A DNA stretch of 63,485 bases, filler included, from Choristocarpus tenellus KU-1152 (Eukaryota > Protista > Phaeophyceae): the NCBI GenBank assembly GCA_964200185.2. It is 13 parts of 13 records of this genome, joined end to end, with 100 filler letters (N's around TTAATTAATTAA, not from the genome) between each part and the next. Parts side by side here need not be neighbours in the genome. Positions count along the whole stretch, not along the records: positions 38,600 to 42,404 come from CAXNAD020017827.1; positions 42,505 to 46,724 come from CAXNAD020015624.1; positions 46,825 to 52,623 come from CAXNAD020009726.1; 10 more parts are not named here. One strand, given 5' to 3'. Shown here piece after piece: positions 38,740 through 50,300 of this stretch (the stretch's first letter is position 1; each line of letters opens with the position of its first letter). The notes below the pieces were generated by a model that did not search any database, had not been told where the DNA came from, and saw only the letters and a list, made by a program, of their open reading frames with translations. Made by a program: the position numbers and the translations under genes.

Positions 38740-41700
38740 AATTGACCCTCTTACTAAAAAATAGCCAAACACCTGTCACCTCAATGTGGCGGACTGGGGG
38801 ATATTTTACTATTTTACAAGTCGAACAAGGTGTCACAATAACAGCAATGCCACTTTGAGAGTCGATCCTCACAAGCCTGTGTGTAGTGCTCATGTATGAC
38901 TCCTTCATACCGTATGAAAAGGAGGGGGGGATGAGGGTGTGGGGGAGAACCTCCATGCCATGGACATACTCTATTTTGTCCCCTGAGCATAGATTGGGTG
39001 GATTAAAATATATAGCCAGACGAAACCCTCCTCACCCTGGCAATAGTAATATTGCTCTCAAGAGCCTCCAGCAACAACACCCACCTATTGCTCTTGCCCT
39101 TTCCTCGAGAATTATGCCCTCTGGAAGATCCATGCAGGTTCCCCCTGTTGCTCTTCATCCACTATAAGGCTGTGGTGGGCAACCAAAGATTCCTTGTCAA
39201 CTTCTCCCACTCGCGAACGGGGGCCTACAGCATCCCTTCCTGTGGGAAACATCGTGGGGAAGGGTATGGGGTGTTTACGAAATAGTCCATCCCTGACATT
39301 GCATACCAGCAAAAGAGTCAAACCTACAGTACGGGTTGCAATCTAGACTGCACTAGTTGTGCAATCGCTGTTGTCCCGACTGAAAAAATCTCAGTTCCGT
39401 GTGAATAGAACAAGAACGGAAAACGATTTGGGGCTCTACAACATTGACACAAGTTCTTCAGACATATCGACCCGAGGTCAATGACTGAGGTCGATCGACG
39501 ACAGAAGGATCCGTGTTGGAGAATGAAAGAGGGACGGCGAGGGCCAACGTAACGTCTGCAAAATGAATGTCTGATAAGGAGAGTTGACACACCAAGAAGA
39601 TACAGACCTCCCAGAGATCCAACGCAATCAAGTAAGGGTTGCCTCCACCCACCACCCCATTCACGTCTGGACACGGATTGAACGCACCCCCTCATCGAAA
39701 TGTTTTGCTTAGACAGACCCGTCCACTATTTATAGAAATGACCAAGCCTGCCAAGAAGATATTGGGAGGGAACAGTTTCCTTTCACTGTCCAGAGACAAC
39801 TGAACGGGAGGCACACTCGACAATCCTCAAAACACCCCAATCAAGAAAAAATCGATGGTGGAACTCGTTCGTGAATACCTTGCATTGGGGAATCAAGTTG
39901 CATGATCGCCAAATAATGAGAGGATGATTTGTCAGAGTATATCTAACACCCATGTTTCCTCTAGTTCGTCGATCTACAAGTCGCTCTCTCATTCGGATAA
40001 GTCGAGAAAAGGTTTGGCCACTGAGGTCTCAGATTTGACGTATTTTGGATCGATACGAATTAACCCTAATCTAAACAAACTGCAAACGCCTACGAACACC
40101 TAAGACCAAGAAAAAACAAAAACTCAAAACATGGAAAAGACAACCCACGCTTGCCCCTCTGTAGGAGTTGTACCTTCCAACGAGTACTCAAACCCTGAAT
40201 GGAAGGGAAGACGATTGTCGGTACTGGGAACCTACAACTCAAGCAGGAGTTACAAGGAAACAACCTCCTGGAGCTGGAATTTGCCTTGGGACGAAAGAAG
40301 ACAAAACAATAGCAGGACCACAAGGACCAGGTTCGTGGGCTTGGAAACGGAGAAGTACAACAAGAGGCGAAACAAAGGTGGGCGGTTGAAACAACCCTTG
40401 CCTCAATTGAGCTGTTCCTTTGAAAAGAATCTTGAGAAGCACCCTATTCAAGGCCCCAAGGATCTTGACACTCCCACTACAAGGTCGACCTGGTCCGCAC
40501 CAAGTAAGCACTTCCGTTAGCACTCTCCGTGTTCAACTGCACTAGTGGGAGATCTCTTTTATTTGAGGAACTGCTCTTGTAAGGGACGAGTTTTTTATTG
40601 TCGAATAGTTACAATTTCCCTCTCCAGTATAGTGAAACGGCAGTGGCAATGTACAGTTGGGGTTATAGTGTGGTTTCCTCCAATGGAGCACTCGTCCAGA
40701 AATTTCCACCAATCAATCATGGTTGTGTCGCTCTGTTAGGATTAGGAGTTAGAGACTTCATTCTCAATTCAGCCTCGGTCCTCCCTATTGGATGTCAACA
40801 TGGGCGAGCATCTTACTGTTGTGAAGGGAACGAGGGAAGGTCAGGTCGTGGTCGGCAACACCTGCGTCGTTCTGGTTTGAATATTTGATCTCGTTTTCTT
40901 TCCTACCTCTCTCTGGTTTATCCTTGGTGGGGGAACCCACCTGTCGGATCGGTTTCCACCCCTGGGAAGGTCAGTTCATCTTGAATGCCACTGTGAGGCT
41001 CGAGTCTTTCCTGTAGGAGTTTGGCGAGCGTATGATGTCTGTACACGTTTACGTGGAGTAAGTGAACCCGCAACCGTTCACGGACTCGGAGTCTACGGAA
41101 TGGTGAGGTCCATGCTATGCTTGTTGAAAACATCCCATACCTGTGCAAGTCATTTTTGAACACCTCGCCCAATTTTCGAAACAGGACAACTAATGCCCTA
41201 TCACAAGCTGGCAACCTCTGTTGAGTATCCATGAGAAGTACTTGAAAATGTAGGTACTTGACGCATAAGTGCTGATGTAAAGTTTTGCTTCCTTGTAAAT
41301 CCGAGTGGAATGGTCAATATGAGTAGGGTTGCTATGTTCCTTCAGCCGTGCAGTCAGAATGATCCATTGATCTTGTATCCCAAGGTGAATGCGAGGCAAG
41401 ATTGAAATGTGCCTCACGACTTTGTACTTGCACCTATTCATGATGGCCACATTTGAGGAGGATAGAGAATCGATATAATGATGGAGTTTGAAGCACTATC
41501 TTCACTTGCAAATACTAGGAGAATGTACGAGAACAGGTAAGCCAATCTTTTGTCAGTTCCCCTAGTTCGTACTGTTACCATTACATCTCTTCATGGATAT
41601 GCCCAGCAATGGTGTGTTAGGCAAGGATGTAACCCTGACATTACTATATATGGCTCTTTGCAGATGTTGCTGAAAGATGAGAAGTCCGTAGAGCAGCCCC

Positions 41701-42150
41701 TCGATTTTGCTCTACCAGCAGCAGTACCCAAGGTGGCAGTGCACACCCACCCAACCATAATCATTAGAACATGCAACCCCACACACCCTCTTATTAATGG
41801 TTGACTTCAATCCGGGAGCCTCGTTGTTTCTGGAAGCATCTTAGTACTTTCCTCATTTTGCCTAGTGTATTGAAGTTCAAATGACCCAGTACACCTGGTT
41901 CAGGACCCCAAGCCATTGTGTCTCTTTTTTCTCTTCTGTATGTTAATATTGATTGTCGATTCAAATTGAAGAACACAAGCCGTATCCCAGTCTTCCCCCA
42001 TGATAACTAGGTGGTACCCATCCTTCTGGAAGGGGGACAGCGCCGTTGAAAGGAGTAGTGCAAAATCGAGGCCAAATATGATGTTCTTGCACATTCAATC
42101 GTCAGTACTTCAAAACGGTGACTGGACACTTATGCAACGTCAGGCTCTGG
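38740..42150 (-). mobile_element. Probable highly decayed Ty3/Gypsy relic
   Basis: Weak motifs in Gypsy order on the minus strand: protease end IIFGLDF (~42070), HLGYKI (~41375), RNase H-like LYISTYASS (~41270), integrase Zn-finger-like VTPCSTCKIVKYP (~38810). Confidence 0.35.
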
Positions 42151-42731
42151 ACCTACTTCATGTACTAGATTTCAACTAGGTAGACAATCTTACAAGATTC
42201 GGTTACAGTGTTGAGTTTTCATTTGCACACCTCTCTGGACCCACAATGAGCAGTGTTTCTTGCCTTGCCATCTACAGTGTACTTGACATGTTCATTTCTC
42301 ACACATGATAACCTCTTTCTTTAACCTGCCACTGGCAACCGTGATAGAGGAAAAGGGTTGGAGAGAGAGGCTCCACATATGCACCGTGTACCCCCTATTC
42401 TCACNNNNNNNNNNNNNNNNNNNNNNNNNNNNNNNNNNNNNNNNNNNNTTAATTAATTAANNNNNNNNNNNNNNNNNNNNNNNNNNNNNNNNNNNNNNNN
42501 NNNNCACTGATTTCCAGTCACCCCCCCCACCCTTCAACCCCACACAAGTTACCACTCCCCTCAACCCCACAGCAGTTCCCACTCCACTCACCCCACACCA
42601 CTCAACACCACTCCACAATCATCCAAGAACACCCCTTCACGATCCACTTCATGCCGTGCCTTTGAGCTAGAAGACATCTACCTCGCCCGATCTTGACCTC
42701 CCCTCCCCTTCGGGGTTGATTTCTTTCTAGT

Positions 42732-43700
42732 TCATCCCCTTACATCCTGCCCCGGTTGGACCCAATCCTTCCTATTCTCTGCCAACCCCTTTGAAGCCCA
42801 CACTGGGTCCCTCTGGTTAACCCTTACGTATACCATAAATGCACTCGACTTCCATCTCCTCTTCCTCTGTATTACTGATTCTGATACCCCCATGGTCGCC
42901 ACTCTCGTAGCTCCTTCCATTCTACCCGAATGCAAGGCCTACTCCTCTGGTCTTAACTTAAGTTCCTTTACCATTCTCCTCAGGACACATGTCGCTTGAC
43001 CCCTCGTGATCACACTCCCTCTCCTTGCCTACATGTCATCCGTGGGGCGTCAGGGGAGAGTTCTGGGAAACATTCCATCATAGCCATTACCACCTCCAAA
43101 CCTCCCATACTTTCTTCCCCCCCTTTTTTCTTCACCTTAAACCTGGTCAACACTGTTCCCTTCCTACCCTGGTCCCCTTTGGACCCTGTGAACATTATCT
43201 CTACTTTTGCTTGGTGTCTATCCTCCCACCTCACTCTTTCCACTCCTCTCCTCCAGACTACATCCCTCCCTCTTATTGCAAAATCTCCATGTACTCCCCC
43301 CCTTCATCATAGGCCCACAACTCTGATGCTCTGACTAGAAAGAAAGCGAAAACCCAATCCTAGCCTCGTCCATTTACCTTTCCTACCTAACGTTTCAGTG
43401 CACTACTCTGTTTCTACAATCATTCTCCATGTCAGGGGTCTCCTCCTCTTAGGCTCACTCCCTACGTTTTGTGTGGCTCCTCCCTATCCCCTTTGAGCAC
43501 CTAGTGAGTCCTGACATGTTGTGTGGGAAGTTGAAAGTTAGGAGAGTGTGGTAATATTGGATTGCCGCTATCTTACTCTAAACTGTGCTTACTTGGTTCC
43601 CCCAAATGCCGCAGCCAAAAGACATGAACTCTGCTGGGGCCTTCACTACGTCTACCTCTCGACTTATGGGGTCTAACCACCTACTCAATCCTCTATATGT
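42732..43700 (-). pseudogene. Tyrosine recombinase ORF (frameshifted)
   Basis: KRRRPLTW, FFLVRASEL, FTGSKGDQGRKG, HSGRMEGAT..IQRKRRWKSSAFMVYVR match the R-K-HxxR-W-Y catalytic set of DIRS/Ngaro YRs. Confidence 0.88.
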
Positions 43701-44029
43701 ACGGAACTCAGACCATTGGTTCCAAGCTGTCTCAGAACACTTCTATGTTTATCCCTTCTGCCCCCCCCCTTTACCCACTAGTCTACCCAGACAGTCCCCT
43801 TTCTGGCGTGAACCCAGTGGGTACGCCAGCCGCGAAATGAAACCCCAAGGCAAACTTGCGGGACCTATGACCCACCTTACTTTCCTGTTATATAGATTTG
43901 GAGTAAAAGTTACCGCACCCAACCAAGCTAGGTTGACGCGAATTATTTTTGGAGTATTGTTTTTTGCGCCCATATAAAGTACAGTAAAGTCGTTGTTAGG
44001 TTCTATCACTTGCAGCTATGCCTCCTCGC

Positions 44030-45027
44030 ACTTGGTACCCCATTTCCTCACTACTCACACACTTCTTGCATTTCTGAAAAGAAACTTCTTTCTTTTTAGT
44101 ATTATCATATATGTATATTACTGGTGGATAGTTTGGGATGGAATCTATAATACTGAATGCTCTAATGGGTTTCAGGTGGTTATGATTATGAATTTCAGAA
44201 GTCTACCCCCCACCCCACCCCCCACCCCAACCCCTCTGTACCTTCTTGACCTTCACCTACCATGGCAGGCTGTTGGAGATCAGCTCCATCTAGTTTCTGT
44301 ACCGTACCTGTATTCTCAAGTTCGCATTCCTACCCCTAGTCGGGGATCAACCCATTGTTCAAACATTTTTCATGCACACTCCTCGACATTGCCTTGCAAA
44401 ATCTGGTAGGGGCTAGTCTGGATGGGTTGCGTAAGGGCTAGGACATGTAATGGTCATGTGTTAGTCTAGATTAGTCTTGGTACCCCCGATTCTTGGCTAG
44501 CCACACACTCCTTGTATTGCCGATATTAAACTCCCCTTGCTTTTTTCTTTTTATAGTCTGTAATACTTAATGCTTTTACAAGGTTTCTGCTGGTTTTGAT
44601 TAGGAGTTTAATAAGTCTATCCTCCCCCCACCCCCCCTCAACATTACCACTGTTGATATCATCACATTTGGAGTATTTAATCCAAAACAAGCCACTACCC
44701 TCTGGTCTTTGACAAAGAGAACTAAATATCCATCATCCGATCAAGGCATACCTTTAAAGCGACTGTCCTTGATAAGATACATCTCTAAGTCTCTTGCATA
44801 TGCCCCCACCCCACCCCACCCCCGGCATGTTCTTGAGCTCCTCTTACCTTGAAAGGCTGCTGGAAATAACCTCCATCCAACATCTGTGTTATACCTGTAT
44901 TTTCACGTCCACCTTTCCGCCCCTAGTCAGGGATCAATCCATTGCTCAAACATTGTTCATGCACCCTCCTCATTATTGCCTTGCGTGATCTGGTAGGGAC
45001 TAGTCTGGATGGGTTCCGTAAGGACTA
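44030..45027 (-). pseudogene. Tandem duplication carrying two 177-nt phase 1-1 pseudo-exons (44437-44261, 45024-44848)
   Basis: Both AG/GT-bounded; LT(Q/E)PIQTSPYQI.QGN.EE.A*.MFEQW(V/I)DP(R/*)LG....T*.YRY; flanking intron also duplicated. Confidence 0.55.
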
Positions 45028-46397
45028 AAAGGTGTATTGTGCATTATTGACCTGGATCAGTTGTAGTTGCTTGTGATTGCCTTGGGTCGAACGATGTAAG
45101 CAGCAGAAAAAAAATCCACATGATCCCACCAATCGATATAAACCTAGCATCAGTCCCGGCCCTATCTTTTGAACGATATCTAAACTGCACTTTCTCCACA
45201 AGATTAGTGCAGGTACACTACTCCTACCCTGACCCATTAACCTTCCCATTTTTGTCGTGATCTCCATGGGATATGGGATAAAAATGTTTGTGGCATAACC
45301 AGCGCACTCTACCACTAGTTCCCGTCAACCCCTTAGACTGTAACTCTGGCAGGACCCTCAACCCTTTCCCTTTCTGCTCTGTGTACTAACCTAAACATTA
45401 TCAGCATTTATAACTTACCGAATTAGCATGTACTCCCATCTCTACCAGGGCTACTACCGTGGGAATCGGCCAATTAATCATTTACACGTCTAACCTTTTT
45501 TAACTCCATCATAACATCGTGGTCAGTCTTTCGTAATTTCTTGTTCCATGGATTTCCCCAGATACCCCTTGTATCATGTCTGAATCTACCCACTTCACTG
45601 CCCATATTCCCTACCTACCCTACACCTATCCACAATTCTTTTCATTGTCTCAGTCACCAGCCCCCTTACCTTGTCGATCTTTTCTTACCATTTCAGTATC
45701 CGGTTCGCAAGCATCCCCGCCCCTCTCCTCGGACCTTTCTCACTTTCAGCTGTCGGAAAGATTGTTCGGGTTCTGCCTTGATCTACTCCGGCGAGAGCTT
45801 GCTCGGAGGTTGTCTCGTTCTGTACCCCTGGTTTTCAGTCCTCTTATTATATACTGATCATTTCTTCCCCATCCCTCTTTCTACCACTCATTTCCATTAA
45901 CCTTTCTCCCCCCTCTCTTAGCCAGTCATTCCTTAACTATTTGTTCTCTACTTGCTTTCTTCTTTTTCTTTCCTCTACCCTCCCTCGTTCTGTGCCCCCA
46001 GCCAACCAGAATTCTTCCGCCCACAAAACTCAGGTTACCTCATAAACTTTCACTTTGCACAAGAAATGAACGGCATGATGAAAACCAGATTTTCCATCCA
46101 AGGAAGTCTCGGATCGTAAGGACTCGAAACTACCGAAATTTATCCAAAGTGATCCTGACTTACCTACTAACACTACACCTTCATCTAAACGCATATTGGA
46201 TCCTTAAGTAGTCCAAATTTCATCGTTCAAATCTGCAAATGAAGAGAGACACATGATATTCTGTCACAAAGAACATAACTACTATTTGTTTTGCTCACGA
46301 ATTCTGGATTATTATTATTTTATTCTACTTATTCCTCCCTATTCCCGTTTCTCCCCACATTCCAACAACCCTTGTGACCAACCAGTGCGACCTCTGT

Positions 46398-46575
46398 GAC
46401 CCAAAGTATCTGGCGGGGGGAGGGCGGTCTACACCAGGGTGTCTATTTGGACCAAATACAGAAAAAATGCATTTACATTATCCATCCGACGTATGAAACC
46501 AAATCACCAAAGAATTGCAACATTAAAAAAAGACCCCAAATGGACAGCTGCCACCCCCCCCAGATACTTTGAGCC
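46398..46575 (+). mobile_element. MITE family 2, full copy
   Basis: GACCCAAAGTATCTGG...CCAGATACTTTGAGCC TIRs. Confidence 0.88.
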
Positions 46576-46576
46576 T

Positions 46577-46724
46577 TTGCCACTGATTTCCAGCCACCGT
46601 CCACCTCTGATGACCAACCAGGGCGAACCCCTTTCGCCACTGATTTCCAGTCACCCCCTACATCTGATGACCAACCAGGGCGAACCCCCTTCGCCCCTGA
46701 TTTCCAGTCACCCCCACATCTGAT
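46577..46724 (+). repeat. ~57-bp tandem repeat x~2.6, running to contig end
   Basis: TTCGCCACTGATTTCCAGTCACCCCC.ACATCTGATGACCAACCAGGGCGAACCCCC units. Confidence 0.9.
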
Positions 46725-46824
46725 NNNNNNNNNNNNNNNNNNNNNNNNNNNNNNNNNNNNNNNNNNNNTTAATTAATTAANNNNNNNNNNNNNNNNNNNN
46801 NNNNNNNNNNNNNNNNNNNNNNNN

Positions 46825-46894
46825 CATCAAAATCACAACATTGTATTTTGATCCCCAAATGGACGCGGCTCTACCCTCTAAGATACTTTGGCTC
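46825..46894 (-). mobile_element. MITE family 1, partial copy at contig start
   Basis: ..GGACGCGGCTCTACCCTCTAAGATACTTTGGCTC. Confidence 0.85.
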
Positions 46895-47380
46895 TTATGT
46901 AATCGAATCATTATTCAACCAGTCCCAACCACAACGTAAAAATATGACTGAGCTCTGAGAGCAACTTTTCAGGGTATGTCAAATAATGTTCGGACGATAG
47001 CTTCGACTTTCTCTACAACAATCCTAGAAGACGCCATGGTTGATTTCTAGGCAACAACACATCAAACATGTTTTTTTGCCTTTTCAACAACAGGGAATGT
47101 GATCCTTATGGGGCACAAAAAGTGATATGCAAGGCAGTCAAGACATTGTTGAGTACGTCTTGAAGTCCTGTACTAGTCTACAATGCAAAAAAAAATGGAG
47201 CAAGAGATAGCTAGTTCTCCCCCCCTCCTCTACATCGATTTTTTGGAATGCAATATGCTAGGTTTCCCACGGGCTAAATTAGTTTCAATTAGGATGGTGG
47301 CCTGGGTGGCAAGGAGTGTTCAAGAAATATTCAGAGGGATTTCCCAATGACCAGTTTTCGTTCTTCCAAAAAACGTTCAG

Positions 47381-50300
47381 GATGGTGTGGAGGTCGTCAT
47401 GCAGGCAGAGAACAATGAAATATCACGGCAGCTCCGCTCTCTTCTCAGCAAGTCAAATGACATGACCAGGACATTGCTTAGGATAAAGAAAGTAAGACCA
47501 GCCTTATACTGTAGTATTTGGAAGGACCACAGTAAGGTTACAAATGTGAAGAACAATATTTTGCATCCAGGCACTAGTTCTGTTCAGAGTCCGTGTTTAC
47601 GATATCCATTGCCCTTCATTGATACCAGGTTTTGTCCGATCGTCACAACAAGTACAATTTAATTTAGCAACTCAAAGTATGTTAGAGGGTAGAGCCACCT
47701 CCGTTTGGGAACCAAAATCCAATACTGAGATTTTGATGTAATTTTGGCTATCGTGTCTGTTAGAAAATTTCAATATCCTTGTTCCGGACACACCTTTTCA
47801 TAACATACACATTGTACCTACTCCGAAACATTTCGGAGTACGAAAATGTCATAAAAAAAACGTGGGAAGCCAAACCCCAAACGGGCAAACAGGACAAAAC
47901 TCGTACCCTCTAAGACACTTTCACTCTGACACCACTGATGACCCGCACACAATGCAGGTATCAGCCAATCACGTGGATTGGTGCAGGCTGCTCCAAGCTC
48001 TAGAGTCCACCTTGGCCATCCAGGACGTGCTTCATATCCTTCAACGGAGGGTGGAGGCGCCTGCCCATGCCTCTTTTCTGCAGCATCTTGTTGGTAAGGT
48101 GATATAGCTCTACTCTAGGGTGAGGAAGATTTATGTGTAGTTACTCAACAATATAATACCTGAGTATGTGCATGCAGTAGTACATCCATTGAAGGATACA
48201 ATTTATAGATTGCACTACTCACAAATGCCCTCAGCACAAAGGGCACATATTTATTGCAGTATCTTTATTTCCAATGCAGAAGTTTATCTCAACCTACTTT
48301 GGACACTTTGTAATAAGGTTGGACTGTACCTTCTCATTGATAGGACAATGATCTTCACAGATTGCTGGCGTTAACAACAATCCTCTACCATACACGTTGC
48401 GCTTGATGTTACTTTAAACTTTGGTTTATTAAATTGAAAATACCCTTTGTCCCTACAGAACGTGTGGATGGCCCTTCCCTCAGACATTGCCTGGATGACG
48501 TTTCAACCGTTATAGACCAGGCCGCCACTGTCGAGGAGAAGGACATGGTGGTGAGGAAAGGGGTGGAGAGGGTGGAGTAAGACTTTCATGCATTTACTTT
48601 TCGAGTAATAATATAAAAATGTTGTCAGCGTTTCTCTGCTCTTCAGAGCCCCCTGTGAAAGGGAGGCTTGCTATGTAGAGACATGGTAATGCTCTGCGGA
48701 AAAATATGGAAATCACAAGAATAATAACATTATTATCATTATCGATAGTTATCCACCCCTAAATGTTAATCCCCTGCCAGAATAAATGAACTGATTCACA
48801 ACTACCGTTACTATCTGTTTTTTCTCTGACAGACACCAACTAGACCTCCAAGACAATAGCAAAAAGACTCGATCGTGATGATAGGAAGTATTGGATGGAA
48901 TGTAATGGCACAAAACACTGTGCTGCGCTATGTACTTCTTGCGCTAACTCTCATCTAACACAAGAGACTCCGTGGAAGAAGGGAATCTCCCAAGAACCAC
49001 TACATATATGGAACTCTGTCCTGAAACTTCAAAATAGATCATCTTCTACAGAGTGAAATCCTGCAAGTCGACACTTTCGATAGATGACATCACAATACAA
49101 ACATATATCCAATGTGGAACCAGGGTACGTGGGATAACTATATCTCCTCCTGTAATAAATATTTCATCTTCTCTCTCGTCCATGTGAAAATATTTCAATC
49201 AGTATTCCAACCTATTTTCTTTGCCCTGCTCACACTATTAAAGTAACACAATGACTATTGTCCAGTTCCTTTCTGGTTGCCTGCAATATTTGCGATTATT
49301 ACCACTGGAAGTTTGGGGATGGCATATTAATTTTTTTCTCTGGTGGATGATTGAACACTTTGTCGGACCAATTGACTACTACAAATATAATTCCTGTTCC
49401 TACTTCACACCATAAAAACTCGCAGTACTCGCCCCACAATGTTGCAGTTCAGACGTCTCTTTGTTAGACCTTTCGCGATTTGCCAAAATACACTTCGACG
49501 GTCGCTCCAATAAGGTACGGGGCAACCCACTCGTGTTTCCCTTTTCATATTACTTATTGTTTTGATCAAATTAAGATAGTATTGTATTCCAAACAAGTAT
49601 GATGGTGATAATTGCATCCAGCAGAATACACCCCCAGCTCTAAGCATTTCGGAATTCTAAGACCAATAATGAATATACCTGTTCCCCTACCTAACACCGC
49701 CCAATGCCCTATTCCTTCCCTTAACTCCTTTTACTTACCCTGGTCTGTTTAGATTCGAACAGGTTACTGTCCTAAGCTAGACCAACTGAAGCAAACGTTG
49801 GCCGATCTGGGCGAGCTTCTTCGGACAGTGGGTCAGGTGACATCATGCACCTCTATGAACAACATTACTTATAAACACCCCCCCACCATCATGCAGTTTA
49901 ATGTAGTATCTTCCGAAGGAATCTTTTCAAGTGTTCCTTCTAAGACACATGTGTTTTGGGTCTATTGAGTTCCTAATTGATAAAGTGTATTGCGTACAAT
50001 TATGCAGTTCAAGTCAGTTCTTGATAGTATAACTCAGGACATTCTTGACACGAATTGATGTGAGAATCATATACCTCTTGTAGGATGTCTTTGAACCATC
50101 AACCTAGATTACTCATCACTACTTTTATTTAACAGTTATTACGACATTATGAGTGTAAATTTTCCTGCACAATATTGAGTAACTGCACGAATATCTAAAC
50201 TCAAAGGTATTTTTCATTTCCATTTGGATAACTTGGAGGTTATGAGACAATTCCTGATGAAAAAGACCCATCAGTATCATACTCTTTTTGATACAAGAGA

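Larger units (their letters stand above)
42505..46724 (-). mobile_element. Tyrosine-recombinase retrotransposon (Ngaro/DIRS-like), decayed
   Basis: YR motifs at 42732-43700; same-orientation repeat CACTGATTTCCAGTCACCCCC at both contig ends; full extent is inferred. Confidence 0.65.

Noticed and set aside
39324-40888. Cluster of ORFs in contig 9
   Set aside because: No recognisable domains; probably decayed repeat sequence
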